Shown here one piece after another: positions 27,891-37,883 of a DNA stretch of 64,000 bases. The stretch comes from a virus. Below the pieces are notes generated by a model. That model did not search any database, had not been told where the DNA came from, and saw only the letters and a list, made by a program, of their open reading frames with translations. The stretch lies in the IMG/VR virus record IMGVR_UViG_3300010371_000002, positions 1 through 64,000 of that record. One strand, given 5' to 3'. The first letter of the stretch is position 1. Each line of letters opens with the position of its first letter. The position numbers and the translations under genes were made by a program.

Positions 27891-29936
27891 CTAATCAGGA
27901 AACCATGTCATCCCGGCGTCGGCAGAATGAACGGTCTTGCGAAACCATTGACCTTCGTTATCACTCACATAGCATTGAATGACACTCTGGTCGTACTGGT
28001 CTTGCGCCATGATGACGATTTTGCCTTTCCACTGCCACACGAGAAGCGCGTTCAGGTCAGGAACCATGACGGGCAGCAGGTTCGCGCCGTCCTTTGAGGA
28101 ACTCCACCACACAGGCACCTGCTTCGTTCCATTCAAACTGTAGTAACGCCCGACTGCATTCCGGTTCACCAGGAACACGAGCTGCCGGATACCGGCATAA
28201 CTCCTCGTCGTGATCCGGTACAGGACGTCGTTGTCCGCAGACATCACCGATTTGAAGCTGCCCCCAAAGGTCGAATCGATGAGAACGTGAATCCCTGAGA
28301 TCGTCTGGTAATCGTCAGTCGAATACCAGATGCCGTCGGTCGAGCCGCCGCGCCACGCTATCGGCTGCGTCACGGGGGCCATCAGGGAATAGATGGGGCT
28401 CGTCGGCATATCCGTCGGCATCGTCCAGGTATCGCCGTCATCCAGGGTTTCAGCCACTCCGGGATGACCTCCCGTGGTTGGCGCGCATGCCTTGAGAACC
28501 CGGTAAGCTCCCCCTGCCTGCCCCCCCGCGCCCTTCGTGCCCTCATACCCACCCCTGCTCACCCAGAACCCATTCTGATTCAGGGTTCCATCGGCCACGC
28601 CGGGGAGGGAAGCAGCATAGTAGCTTGTGGTCGTACCGTTGCTCGGCCCGGTCACCGTGTGGCTGTTGCTCATGCTCGCGGTCGTCCAGGTTCGACCGCC
28701 ATTCGTTGAGCGCATGCCGGCCTGCCAGTAGGTTCTGCCGAGCGAAACGGAATAAGACGACCCGTTGACCCAGAGTGTCCCGGACGGCATCACGGAGAGA
28801 ACGAGCGGAGTCAGGATCTCCAGTGCCGAATTGTCCGTGATCGCAGTCCCAGACGAATCCTTTGCCCCGATATCGACACCGGGCAGGAAGGTTTCGCCGA
28901 AATCGGGCGACGACACGCACCGAACCGCCGTGGACACCACGTTCAGCGGGCTGGAGCCTATCTGGCTGTATGCCCGCGCCACGATAGCGTACAGGCGCGG
29001 ATTCCCGCCCCCGGTGGTCAATCCAATGGTCCCGGCGAGCGCGAAGCTGAATGCGTAATACGGGCCGCCGGGGCCACCCGGGTTGAACGGAGGCGGCGTG
29101 GGCGTCAGGATCGTGATTGCGGCCGTCCGGTATTCGTCAACAACGAAAATCGAACCGGCGAAAACCGAGTTATCGGACGGCACCACATAGACCGTCGTCG
29201 TCGCCCCGATGGCGCCCGGTCCGAATGCTGACGATGAGAACGTGATTGATCCTGTTGTCAGCCCGGCCCCGACGACGATGAATGAGGAACTCGTCACCGG
29301 GGTCATCGTGCTGGTAGTGCCATCGGACGTGATGACCGATGGAGCCGTGAGGGTCACGCAGAAACGCACGTGGGACGGAGCCGCCTTCGCGAGCGTCACG
29401 GTCAGGGTTACGCTATCCCCGGCATTGATTGTCGAAGCCGTCGCCGCAACGCTGAAATCCGTGACGACCGCCAGGGGGAACGACGCCTGGATTGCGCTGT
29501 CGGCATCCCGTGGGTCGGGACTGCTCGTGACCTGCAGCGCCGGGAAATAGTAGTCGCTGAAGAATAGTTGGGAGAGCCCCGTGTAGCCGAGGAAGTCTCC
29601 GCCCCAGTAATCGATATCGGCTGTCGAGTCCGCAGCGATCTCCAGCATAACCGGCGACGTCCCAAAAAACGGCGGCGGTCCCGAGAGCGGCGATCCATCT
29701 CCTGTCTGTGTCAGCGTGAACGGCCCGGGAGAACTCTGCGTGTAGTGGGCCGCTGAATAGAACCCATAGAGATCCCATGTCGTGAAATCACTCGGCGGCG
29801 TGTTCGTTGCAGAAAACCCGACGAGCCGATACGCCACGTTCGGCGGATCAATCTCGAACGTATGGCTGCCCCCCGGTTGGATTTTAACGAGCGTCACAGT
29901 GCTGACTCCATGCTCGGTACTACAATCACAGGGCAC
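27891..29936 (-). CDS. Minor tail protein with BNR/Asp-box repeats
   Basis: SPDFGETF, STNGGRTW, TLDDGDTW, STDDYQT and SDNEGQW Asp-box motifs. Confidence 0.7.
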   Translation of the reverse strand: MPCDCSTEHGVSTVTLVKIQPGGSHTFEIDPPNVAYRLVGFSATNTPPSDFTTWDLYGFYSAAHYTQSSPGPFTLTQTGDGSPLSGPPPFFGTSPVMLEIAADSTADIDYWGGDFLGYTGLSQLFFSDYYFPALQVTSSPDPRDADSAIQASFPLAVVTDFSVAATASTINAGDSVTLTVTLAKAAPSHVRFCVTLTAPSVITSDGTTSTMTPVTSSSFIVVGAGLTTGSITFSSSAFGPGAIGATTTVYVVPSDNSVFAGSIFVVDEYRTAAITILTPTPPPFNPGGPGGPYYAFSFALAGTIGLTTGGGNPRLYAIVARAYSQIGSSPLNVVSTAVRCVSSPDFGETFLPGVDIGAKDSSGTAITDNSALEILTPLVLSVMPSGTLWVNGSSYSVSLGRTYWQAGMRSTNGGRTWTTASMSNSHTVTGPSNGTTTSYYAASLPGVADGTLNQNGFWVSRGGYEGTKGAGGQAGGAYRVLKACAPTTGGHPGVAETLDDGDTWTMPTDMPTSPIYSLMAPVTQPIAWRGGSTDGIWYSTDDYQTISGIHVLIDSTFGGSFKSVMSADNDVLYRITTRSYAGIRQLVFLVNRNAVGRYYSLNGTKQVPVWWSSSKDGANLLPVMVPDLNALLVWQWKGKIVIMAQDQYDQSVIQCYVSDNEGQWFRKTVHSADAGMTWFPD

Positions 29937-31068
29937 GCTCTGCGGTGGTCACAATATCGAATGCCCCTGCTGTCGCGGTCCCGGCAATCGAAACCGCCGT
30001 CACCGCTGAGTTCATCCGGTCGCCTCCCGTTGAAGGAGATAGGTTGATGATTGATCCTGCCGTGGCGCTGCTGATGGTGGCTGTCCAGGTATGGGAAACG
30101 CCGTTTTGATTCAGCGCCGTCACGGTGACCACGCAGGTTCCATTGATGGTCGTGGTGATGCTGCAGGCAGGGTTCAGGATCGGCGCGAATGCCTGGGGCA
30201 TCGGCATGCCGCCAAGGTACCGATTGTTCCCGAACGTGTTCACCACCCAGTAAGATGGGTTTGTTCCCGGCGTGACATTTGTCGAAGTCGCCACGGCGAC
30301 GTAGTAGACACCATTGTAAAGAACGACAGGCGTAAGAACCCCGGATGAAACCGTGTATGTGGTCAGGCTGCTCCAGGTTCCGGCATCGGTGGTTCCTTGT
30401 CCACCCGTATTGGTCGGAGCAGGAGCAGAATAGCCATTGGCGCTCGGCCAGTTCGTCGCGGCGTTGTTACTGATCGTCCCGGCGTTGGTGCCCGTGATGG
30501 CGAAGTGACCTAAGATTATCCCGGCTGGGGCGAAAACAACACTTGGGTCGAGGTATTGGCCCTGATTGTAGGCGTTCCAGTAGAGTGCCGCGAAGTTTGG
30601 GTTGTAGAGCACCTGAAAGGCCGAGCCGCCCGGGTTCGACGGGTTGTTGTAATACTGGGCGTAGGTCGTCAGGTTCGTGATCGATGGGATGCCGTTCAGG
30701 GTCGCATAGGTCAGGATGGCCTTGCGTTCTCCCTCGAAGAAACTGAAGAGGCCGCTGAAGATTCCCACGCGGCTGTAGAGTCCGTTTCCGGCTCCGAAGC
30801 TGCCGCCGCCGACACCCGCGCCGCCGAAGGTCACATTGGCGGGTGCTCCGGCGGCCGTGATGGACCCGACGGACTTGGTAAGACCCTGCGCATACGGCAG
30901 ATGAGCGCCGAACTGGCTCGGGTCCGTCAAGGCGAGCGCTGCTGAGAGATCCGAGAGCACCATCTGGGAATGCAGGTTCGCGAGGTCCGTCGCAGTGAGG
31001 AGGTCTGTAAAGAGGCGCGACAGGTCGCCGTATGTCGTGATTATGCTCGCCGGGGTGATGAGTGTCAT
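29926..31068 (-). CDS. Minor tail protein with CBM5/12-like insert
   Basis: GTWSSLTTY...VLYNGVYYVA..STNVTPGTNPSYW, similar to the module in 25153-27873. Confidence 0.7.
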   Translation of the reverse strand: MTLITPASIITTYGDLSRLFTDLLTATDLANLHSQMVLSDLSAALALTDPSQFGAHLPYAQGLTKSVGSITAAGAPANVTFGGAGVGGGSFGAGNGLYSRVGIFSGLFSFFEGERKAILTYATLNGIPSITNLTTYAQYYNNPSNPGGSAFQVLYNPNFAALYWNAYNQGQYLDPSVVFAPAGIILGHFAITGTNAGTISNNAATNWPSANGYSAPAPTNTGGQGTTDAGTWSSLTTYTVSSGVLTPVVLYNGVYYVAVATSTNVTPGTNPSYWVVNTFGNNRYLGGMPMPQAFAPILNPACSITTTINGTCVVTVTALNQNGVSHTWTATISSATAGSIINLSPSTGGDRMNSAVTAVSIAGTATAGAFDIVTTAERAL

Positions 31069-31109
31069 GGTGTTCGCCCGCTGGTTGCCCAGCCCCTATC
31101 TGGCCGCGC

Positions 31110-33425
31110 CTACAGGTTGTAGAGCCAGCGTCCCCGCGTGGTCGATCCGAAGACCGACGGGTCCTTGAACGACCACCGGTTCGTGATGTCTTCGGCGCTG
31201 AGGAAGACGGTCCCGTTGAGGTCGCTGCCGGTATCGTTGATGGCGTAGCGGTCGAGTGCGAACAGTCCAGGGAGGTATGCGCCCTGGCACCACTCCCAGA
31301 CGGCCGGGAGCGTCACCTTCTGAAGCGCGTACCAGGCATAGTAGGCCGTGAATACCGGATCGATGAACCAGCTCGACACCTTCACGAGCGGATTGGCGAA
31401 CCCCTCGACGTTCCCGGTGAACCCGGGCCAGATGTCGTCGGCGTTAAGCCACGTCCCCTGGATGCGTCCCGCGTTCGGGTCGGGGCCGAAGAATCCCACG
31501 CCCGTTCGGCGGTCTGCCGTCGAGATCATGATGCGGCGCTGCCGCCACATGGAGGTCACGAAGTCGATGTTATTGATGTCGCCGGATTCCGAGTAGTTGA
31601 AGTAGCCCCGGAAGGGCGTCACGTAAACCCCGGGGTTGTACGGCATGATCTGCGCGACTCCCCAGGGGTCATTGAACAGGATCGAGTGATCCATGTCGTT
31701 GAGTTCGATCAACGCATCCAGGAACTTGCTTTCGGGGTGAGGCGCGACCTTGGGCGCGGTCGCCACGCCAAGCGGCAGCTTGAATCCGTTGCAGTCCGGC
31801 GGGTTTGGACCGAAATCGAAGAGCTTGAAGTCATCCGAGATGAACGCATCGCTGCGGCCCCGCATGTTGAAGAGGAACCGCCGCCAAGCATTGATCCACC
31901 AACCGTCGCCATAGGTGAGTTGCCCGCAGGCTTTCGTTTCCTCCGGGAAGAAGTTGTCCGAGACGACGATATCGAATTCCCGGCGCGGATCGGCCTTCCA
32001 GATGCTCGCCTCGTTCCCCGCCCATCCGGTCATAAACTGCACCGGAGCGCTGTAGGGCTGCATGAGGCCGCCGCCGCCCGTATAGGTCAGCCACCGGGAG
32101 AACGAGCAGGCTCGATGGCTCCCGTCAAAGGCCGAGAAATTCCCGTTCGTGTTGTCGAACTTGACCCCGAGCTGGGAGCGCACGAGGCCCGTTCGGTAGT
32201 CGTACCACTGATGCTCCTCGATCTCTCCGATGAAGCTGGAAAGATCGACCGGGGCGCTGATGGTCGCATTGACGTAGTAGGTAGGAGGGATGCGCATCTG
32301 GATCGCCGGGATGACGGGCGAAATGGATACATATCCATCCACGGGGTCGGGACCGGCGACCTCGATATAGTACTTGACCCGTATCCCGGTATTATCCATC
32401 GGGTAGATGCTGCCGACGAATCCCGCCCCGTCAGGGATCTGAGCCCCCGGCAGGTACACGCCGCCATTTCCCTGCCAGACGAACGGAAGATCGATCTCCT
32501 CGCTATAGAGTTGCCCGGTGGCCGAGAACTGCATGGGCAGATATTGAAACTGCGCCCATCCGTTCTGTCCAGTCATCCGAAGCGGCCCGGAGACGACGTT
32601 CAGGTTCTGCGTGTAGGCATACGTGAGACCGGTCCCGACCGCAACCCCGGAATTGTCGGGACGAAAGATCAGGACCTCCTGGCCGTTGTTGATCGTCACC
32701 ACCAGGGTGTTGGAGCTTGGAACCGGCAGCCATTCGATCTCCACCACGCGCCCGTTGTTCTCGAACATCTTCGAGCAATCGCGAATGCTCGTTCCCGCGA
32801 TGCCGTTGAACCCGAACGGCCCCCAGTACCACGTATCGGTTCCGTCCGGGTTCGGAATGCCCTGCTGGAGAAATGGCGGCATCCCGTCGAGTAAGAAGAG
32901 GCTGAAGGGGCGCGCATCGCCAGCCTGCGACGGCGGTGTCTGATCCCCAACACTTAACGTCGTGAAGTAGTTCGTGCCGTTGACGCTGGAGCCGCTCGTG
33001 GGGGTCGTGGCGGGGCCGCGTCCGATCCGCGCGTAAAAACAGCTACTTGCGTCCAGAGAGCCGTTGGTTGCGACGTCGAACGTGTTGTTCCATGTCGCGT
33101 TCGACATCACGAGGGCCGTGACGCCGGACGTGTTGTCGAACTGCTCGTGCCAGTCCGAAGAACTCCCGGACGGAAAGTTCACGATGGCAAGCGTCGTCGG
33201 AACCTTTTGCTGAGAAGACTCCAGGATCAGCACGCCCGCCTCGGGGACGATGCGCAGACCCGCCATCTGGACACCAGGCCGCGTGGCGACGATGTTGTCC
33301 GATCCCACGAAAGCCCCGAAGAGGCCCGCAAGGTCGTGTCGCAGGTACGGCGCGGTCTTCTGCAGTCCGAACACCGAGACGGGCGTGTCCACCAGGAACT
33401 GAAAGTCGAGTCCGATGTCAGCCAT
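31110..33425 (-). CDS. Minor tail (distal tail/hub-like) protein
   Basis: 771 aa, beta-rich, immediately downstream of the tape measure gene. Confidence 0.65.
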   Translation of the reverse strand: MADIGLDFQFLVDTPVSVFGLQKTAPYLRHDLAGLFGAFVGSDNIVATRPGVQMAGLRIVPEAGVLILESSQQKVPTTLAIVNFPSGSSSDWHEQFDNTSGVTALVMSNATWNNTFDVATNGSLDASSCFYARIGRGPATTPTSGSSVNGTNYFTTLSVGDQTPPSQAGDARPFSLFLLDGMPPFLQQGIPNPDGTDTWYWGPFGFNGIAGTSIRDCSKMFENNGRVVEIEWLPVPSSNTLVVTINNGQEVLIFRPDNSGVAVGTGLTYAYTQNLNVVSGPLRMTGQNGWAQFQYLPMQFSATGQLYSEEIDLPFVWQGNGGVYLPGAQIPDGAGFVGSIYPMDNTGIRVKYYIEVAGPDPVDGYVSISPVIPAIQMRIPPTYYVNATISAPVDLSSFIGEIEEHQWYDYRTGLVRSQLGVKFDNTNGNFSAFDGSHRACSFSRWLTYTGGGGLMQPYSAPVQFMTGWAGNEASIWKADPRREFDIVVSDNFFPEETKACGQLTYGDGWWINAWRRFLFNMRGRSDAFISDDFKLFDFGPNPPDCNGFKLPLGVATAPKVAPHPESKFLDALIELNDMDHSILFNDPWGVAQIMPYNPGVYVTPFRGYFNYSESGDINNIDFVTSMWRQRRIMISTADRRTGVGFFGPDPNAGRIQGTWLNADDIWPGFTGNVEGFANPLVKVSSWFIDPVFTAYYAWYALQKVTLPAVWEWCQGAYLPGLFALDRYAINDTGSDLNGTVFLSAEDITNRWSFKDPSVFGSTTRGRWLYNL

Positions 33426-33433
33426 GGTGTGAC

Positions 33434-33463
33434 AAAGCCCAGGAAGATCGCTTCCTGGGCTTT
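33434..33463 (-). terminator. Hairpin after tape measure gene
   Basis: AAAGCCCAGGAAG-atcg-CTTCCTGGGCTTT. Confidence 0.6.
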
Positions 33464-33489
33464 GCTTCCTTTCTCATTAGGGGGCCGTA

Positions 33490-36400
33490 CTACGGCGGCG
33501 CTCCGGGCATGAACCGCCCCATTCCGGCTGTCTGGTTCGTGACCGGGACCGTAACCGTCTTTTCCACGAAGCCGGACTTGAGCGCGCTCGCGTCGAGCTT
33601 GATCGTAATCGTCGCCGTCGATCCTGAGTCCTGGCTGGAAGATGCGCCTCCAGGGGCCATCATGGGCGGCGGGGTGTGGCTGTGCGATGGCGCGGCGGGA
33701 TGAACGGGCGCGTAGACGGGAACGCGCATTGGCGCCTGACCTGCAGCACTAGGTCCCAGCGGAGTTGCGTCGATCATAAACGCCGAATCGGGTACGTCCA
33801 TCGAAGCGTGGTTGTGACCGCCAGTCGCGAGGAACGCCGAATCCGGGATATTGGCAGAGGCATGATTGCCGCCGCCATGGGCGAGGAAGTCGTCATCCGG
33901 CACATCCAGAGAGGCGTGATTGTGTCCCCCATGCGCAAGGAACGCGGAGTCCGGCACATGCGCGGAGGCATGGTTTCCGCCGCCATGGGCCACATAGGCC
34001 GTATCACGCCCCGGGACGATCGGATATGCCGACGGATGCAACCCGGCAACCGAAGAACTTGGACCAGGCATAATGCCCACAGGCGTGCCCGAACCGCCCC
34101 CCGGAACGGTGGCGAGCGCCTGTGCCGTCTTGTTGCCAGGCTGTGACCGTGCCGGGTCACTGCCAGCAGTCCCGAGGCCGCCGAAGATGCTCTCGTAAGC
34201 GTCGAAGGTGCTGGACTTCGTGAATCCCAGGTTGCGCCCCCCTGCGATCTGAAGCATCTGCTGCACATTGGGGGCTGAATGCGCCGCCACGCCCTCCACT
34301 TCACCCGCAAGATCCGCGATGCTCGGCATGTAGGCTTCCTCGAAGCTTGTGCCGCCGACAGTAATGGCCGGAAGTTGGAACGCGAACCGGTTCGCCAAGT
34401 CATTCGCCGCATCGACCTGCTTGTTCATCAAGGCGTTGCGCTGGCTGTCGTATTGGTTCGTGAGGAACTCCGGGAGGGTACCTCCCATTGCCTTGCGTTG
34501 GGCATCTTCCTGAGAGTTCAGCCCGGAAAGCTCGCTGCCGATATCCTGGAAGTACGACCCGGCAACCGAATTCATATCCCCGGGCGTCATGAACGAGCGC
34601 CCCATCCGGTAGAGGGAGCCCTGGTCGTTGATAAGTCGGTTCGCGAGTTCGGGATCGGGGGTGTACTGAGCCTGGTTCTCCCAGCGCTGTATGTTCTGCA
34701 GGTCGATTCCCTCGGACTGCCTGCGGAAATCGGCGCGCTGCTGCTCGTTGTAATGCGCGGTATCCCCCGCCATCTCATCAAGGCGGCGCTTCTCCGCGAC
34801 GGCATCCGCGACGGCCTGCTGCGTATCGAGGAGGGACGCGCCGGAACCGCCGGTGATTCGGGAGATCGTGCCGGTGATATCCGACTGGGCCGCGCCCGTC
34901 GCCGAGAGCGCCACCACGCCTTCGTCAAGGTTCGTCTGGCTCTCATGCCGAAGCCCCAGGATCTGCCCCCGGACGGCATTGCGCTGGGCTTCGAGTTGTT
35001 GCTGCTGATCGACGTCCTTCGTGTCCCGGATGGCGCGCGTCAGATCATCGAACTCGCTCGTGAGCTTCCGCACCGCATCCTGAGCCGCGTCGAAGATCTC
35101 CGTCGGGCTCCCGGTGTATCCCGCCTTCTGGTAGTCGAGCGTTGCCCCTTGTACACCGATCTGTTCCCCGCGGATGTTCTGCTCGACACCCGCGAACCGC
35201 CATGCGTTCTGTTCCTGCGCGATCTGCGCCAGTTCCGCATTCGCCCCCGCCTCCATCTGCTTCCGCTCAGGAGGCGTCAGGAGGGAATCGGGGGAACGGG
35301 CTGTGTTGATTTCGAACTGCGCGGACTCTCGCCGGGTGCCAAGAATCTCATTCTCCGCGCCTTGCAGGTCGCTGATGCGGCCACCGGACATGAGCCTGCG
35401 GGTCAGCTCTAATTGTCCCGCCGAACTCGATACTCCGTATTCACCGATGGTCGTTGCGGTCTCGGTGGCGAAGAGCGACTTCTCACTCCCCGCCACATTG
35501 AGATCGATCTGGCCGATCTGCTGCTGGACTTCGCCAAGCTTTTGGAGCGCGTAGTTCCGGTCCGTGTCGTTGCGCGCACTATCGACTTGCTTTTGCAAGA
35601 TAGCGGCCCGGTCGTTCAGGTATCCACGCTCCTCACCGGCATCGCTCGCGTATTGTCCGGTGGCGGATTCGATGGCCCCAAGGCTGCTCCCATTCAATCC
35701 TGTGAGCGTCAGCGCATTGCGGGAAACATCGGCCTGCGTGCCGGATTGAAGGATCTCTCCACGCAACTTCGCCATGGTGTTGGCGATATCGTTGGACTGC
35801 GCAGCCATCGGATCGGCGGGAAGATCTCCCTCCATGCCACGCGACTCAATCGCGCCCGGGATGAAGTTCGCCAGAAAGTTCGCGCCCGGGGCAAACGCGC
35901 CCAGCCAATTACTGGACGGGTTTTCGCCAGCGCGCATCCGCTGATGTGCGGACTGATAGTCGGGGTTATCTTTGAGCTGGGACTGCTGGGCGGCGTGCTG
36001 GAGCGTGTGGAGTGTGCCGAAGTCGGCATCGTCGGCCGCCGCCATTTCCAGCGAACCGATGTCCTGCGAATTGATATCACCACTGGCGAGTCGCTGCCCG
36101 TACTGATACAGCATCGGATTGCGCTGGATGACATCCGCGATCGCGCCATAGTTCTGCTGCGAGAATTCTCCAAAGGAATTCGTCAGAGCCGTAAGGCCGG
36201 GGACGGTGTTCGGGCCGAAGCTGCCGACACTGCCTGCAGTTCCGAGCGCTTCGGAGAACTCCTTGGTGGCGACTCCGCTTGCCTGGATCTGCTCGGAGAA
36301 TTCCTTGGCTTTTGAGGCGGCTTCCCCGAGAGACGCCGCGAGTTCCTGCCCGGATTCGCGGGAGTATTGGGACCGCTCGAGAGCCGCGCCCCCCACCCCC

Positions 36401-37281
36401 TCGACAACCGATCCGACACCGGTGCCAGCCAAACCGCCCGCGACCGTGCCGATCCCAGGAACAACCGATCCGAGAACCGCGCCTGCAATCCCAAAGGCAC
36501 CAGGAAGAGCCCCTAAAGCACTTCGATCAGCCTCTTCCGGCGTCCGGTACTCGCCTCCGTTATTGTAGGCGATGGCCGAGCCCACCTCCTGCCCAAACTG
36601 CATTGCGGCAAAGCCTGCCGTGGTGCGAAACGCCTTGTTCCCCCACGCGCTCTTCAGCCGGTCTTGCCATGACTGCTCGACATCGACATTGAAGGTCGTA
36701 TCGATAACATCGTCATCGTTGACAAGTTGCGCTTCCTGGATGTCGGGGACCGGCTGCCGCTCTTTCCAGTCGCGGTATTGCCGCTGCCAGTGCTCGCCGC
36801 GCATCCCGGGACGCCAACCAGATCGCTCTGGGTAGTTGCCGTCGTCCGGCCCCCAGTCACTTCCGCCCGATCCTCCCCCGAACCCTCCGTTGCCGGAGCC
36901 GCCGCCTCCGAAAGCCCCTCCTCCCCCGAATCCCGCACCGGGCATTTCGTCCAGGTTGACGGGAACGAGGTCTGTGACGCTTTCGGCCTGCCATGCCTGC
37001 TGGGAACGCGCCCAGGCCGCTTGCTCGGACGCGATGCGCTCTTGCAGCGCCCCCGTGAAGGCATCCGCGCCTTTGGCCGTGCGGAGTTCTCCCATGCGAC
37101 CGGCCTTGACCCACTCTTGAAGCAGGCTTTGCTCGACGGCCGCACTGTCGAAGGCGGGGAATTCCCCTGTCGCCGTGGCAGCGGATGTCGCCTCGGCCAT
37201 CCGGGCTTCCAGAGCCGACCGGGCCGCCGTGGCATCGATCGTGACACTCGTGCCGAGCAGAGATTCGTCATTAATCGCCAT
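33490..37281 (-). CDS. Tape measure protein
   Basis: Longest ORF (1263 aa), Ala/Gln/Gly-rich helical, GAVLGSVVPGIGTVAGGLAG hydrophobic patch; lies downstream of the tail chaperones. Confidence 0.8.
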   Translation of the reverse strand: MAINDESLLGTSVTIDATAARSALEARMAEATSAATATGEFPAFDSAAVEQSLLQEWVKAGRMGELRTAKGADAFTGALQERIASEQAAWARSQQAWQAESVTDLVPVNLDEMPGAGFGGGGAFGGGGSGNGGFGGGSGGSDWGPDDGNYPERSGWRPGMRGEHWQRQYRDWKERQPVPDIQEAQLVNDDDVIDTTFNVDVEQSWQDRLKSAWGNKAFRTTAGFAAMQFGQEVGSAIAYNNGGEYRTPEEADRSALGALPGAFGIAGAVLGSVVPGIGTVAGGLAGTGVGSVVEGVGGAALERSQYSRESGQELAASLGEAASKAKEFSEQIQASGVATKEFSEALGTAGSVGSFGPNTVPGLTALTNSFGEFSQQNYGAIADVIQRNPMLYQYGQRLASGDINSQDIGSLEMAAADDADFGTLHTLQHAAQQSQLKDNPDYQSAHQRMRAGENPSSNWLGAFAPGANFLANFIPGAIESRGMEGDLPADPMAAQSNDIANTMAKLRGEILQSGTQADVSRNALTLTGLNGSSLGAIESATGQYASDAGEERGYLNDRAAILQKQVDSARNDTDRNYALQKLGEVQQQIGQIDLNVAGSEKSLFATETATTIGEYGVSSSAGQLELTRRLMSGGRISDLQGAENEILGTRRESAQFEINTARSPDSLLTPPERKQMEAGANAELAQIAQEQNAWRFAGVEQNIRGEQIGVQGATLDYQKAGYTGSPTEIFDAAQDAVRKLTSEFDDLTRAIRDTKDVDQQQQLEAQRNAVRGQILGLRHESQTNLDEGVVALSATGAAQSDITGTISRITGGSGASLLDTQQAVADAVAEKRRLDEMAGDTAHYNEQQRADFRRQSEGIDLQNIQRWENQAQYTPDPELANRLINDQGSLYRMGRSFMTPGDMNSVAGSYFQDIGSELSGLNSQEDAQRKAMGGTLPEFLTNQYDSQRNALMNKQVDAANDLANRFAFQLPAITVGGTSFEEAYMPSIADLAGEVEGVAAHSAPNVQQMLQIAGGRNLGFTKSSTFDAYESIFGGLGTAGSDPARSQPGNKTAQALATVPGGGSGTPVGIMPGPSSSVAGLHPSAYPIVPGRDTAYVAHGGGNHASAHVPDSAFLAHGGHNHASLDVPDDDFLAHGGGNHASANIPDSAFLATGGHNHASMDVPDSAFMIDATPLGPSAAGQAPMRVPVYAPVHPAAPSHSHTPPPMMAPGGASSSQDSGSTATITIKLDASALKSGFVEKTVTVPVTNQTAGMGRFMPGAPP
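33775..33990 (-). repeat. Four tandem 54-bp (18-aa) His-rich repeats in the tape measure C-terminus
   Basis: AHGGGNHASAHVPDSAFL / AHGGHNHASLDVPDDDFL / AHGGGNHASANIPDSAFL / ATGGHNHASMDVPDSAFM. Confidence 0.9.
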
Positions 37282-37340
37282 GGGGTTCTCTCTGCGGAAA
37301 CGCTAACCGGGAAGTGCGCAAGTTTTGGTACAATAGCGGT

Positions 37341-37883
37341 ATGGAAGGCCACTCGGCGGGGATACATCCGTGCATGGGCTGCGGCGGCAATACGCCGGAT
37401 CACGCCCGCTACTGCCAGCACTGCGGAAAACAGCAGTCATCAGGAGCCCCGTCGAACTGCCGTGCGTGCGGGAGTATTTTGATTGACGGGGGGCCATGCC
37501 TTCGATGCCAGGCCGCACAGGGAAAGGCACAAGTTGGCGATTGTCCACGATGCGGGGCTAACATCACCCCTGGGATGCCGTTTTGCAGCCGGTGTGGCGC
37601 TCGCACGGCCAGCCAGCCAAATCCCCCGAAAGGCCATCGCGTCAAGCAGGTGAAGTACTTCACCTGCTCCCGGTGCGGAGTGAGGCCCGCTGAAGGGGCG
37701 CGTTATTGCCCTGGTTGCGGCGGTCGTTTCCGCGTCCCAATTGGCCCTGCCATCACGGAATATGTGCCGAAGGGTTCAAAGAGCGACGAGCCGTTCCCGA
37801 TCATGCTGGTAGTGTCCCTGCTGATCGTCATCCCCACATGCCTGGTGCTCGCCGTCACGTTCGTCATGGCAATGAGCCACTGA
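37341..37883 (+). CDS. Multi zinc-ribbon (DZR-like) membrane-anchored protein (moron)
   Basis: Four CxxC...CxxC pairs and a C-terminal TM helix; TGGTACAAT ends 6 nt before ATG 37341. Confidence 0.75.
   Translation: MEGHSAGIHPCMGCGGNTPDHARYCQHCGKQQSSGAPSNCRACGSILIDGGPCLRCQAAQGKAQVGDCPRCGANITPGMPFCSRCGARTASQPNPPKGHRVKQVKYFTCSRCGVRPAEGARYCPGCGGRFRVPIGPAITEYVPKGSKSDEPFPIMLVVSLLIVIPTCLVLAVTFVMAMSH

Noticed and set aside
31062-32894. 610-aa plus-strand ORF
   Set aside because: Antisense shadow of the 771-aa tail gene; Arg/Pro-rich, no motifs, expected from GC-rich codon bias.
33775-33990. Possible CRISPR array or DGR repeat
   Set aside because: Repeats are in-frame coding units with synonymous divergence and no spacers; no cas or reverse transcriptase gene is in the window.
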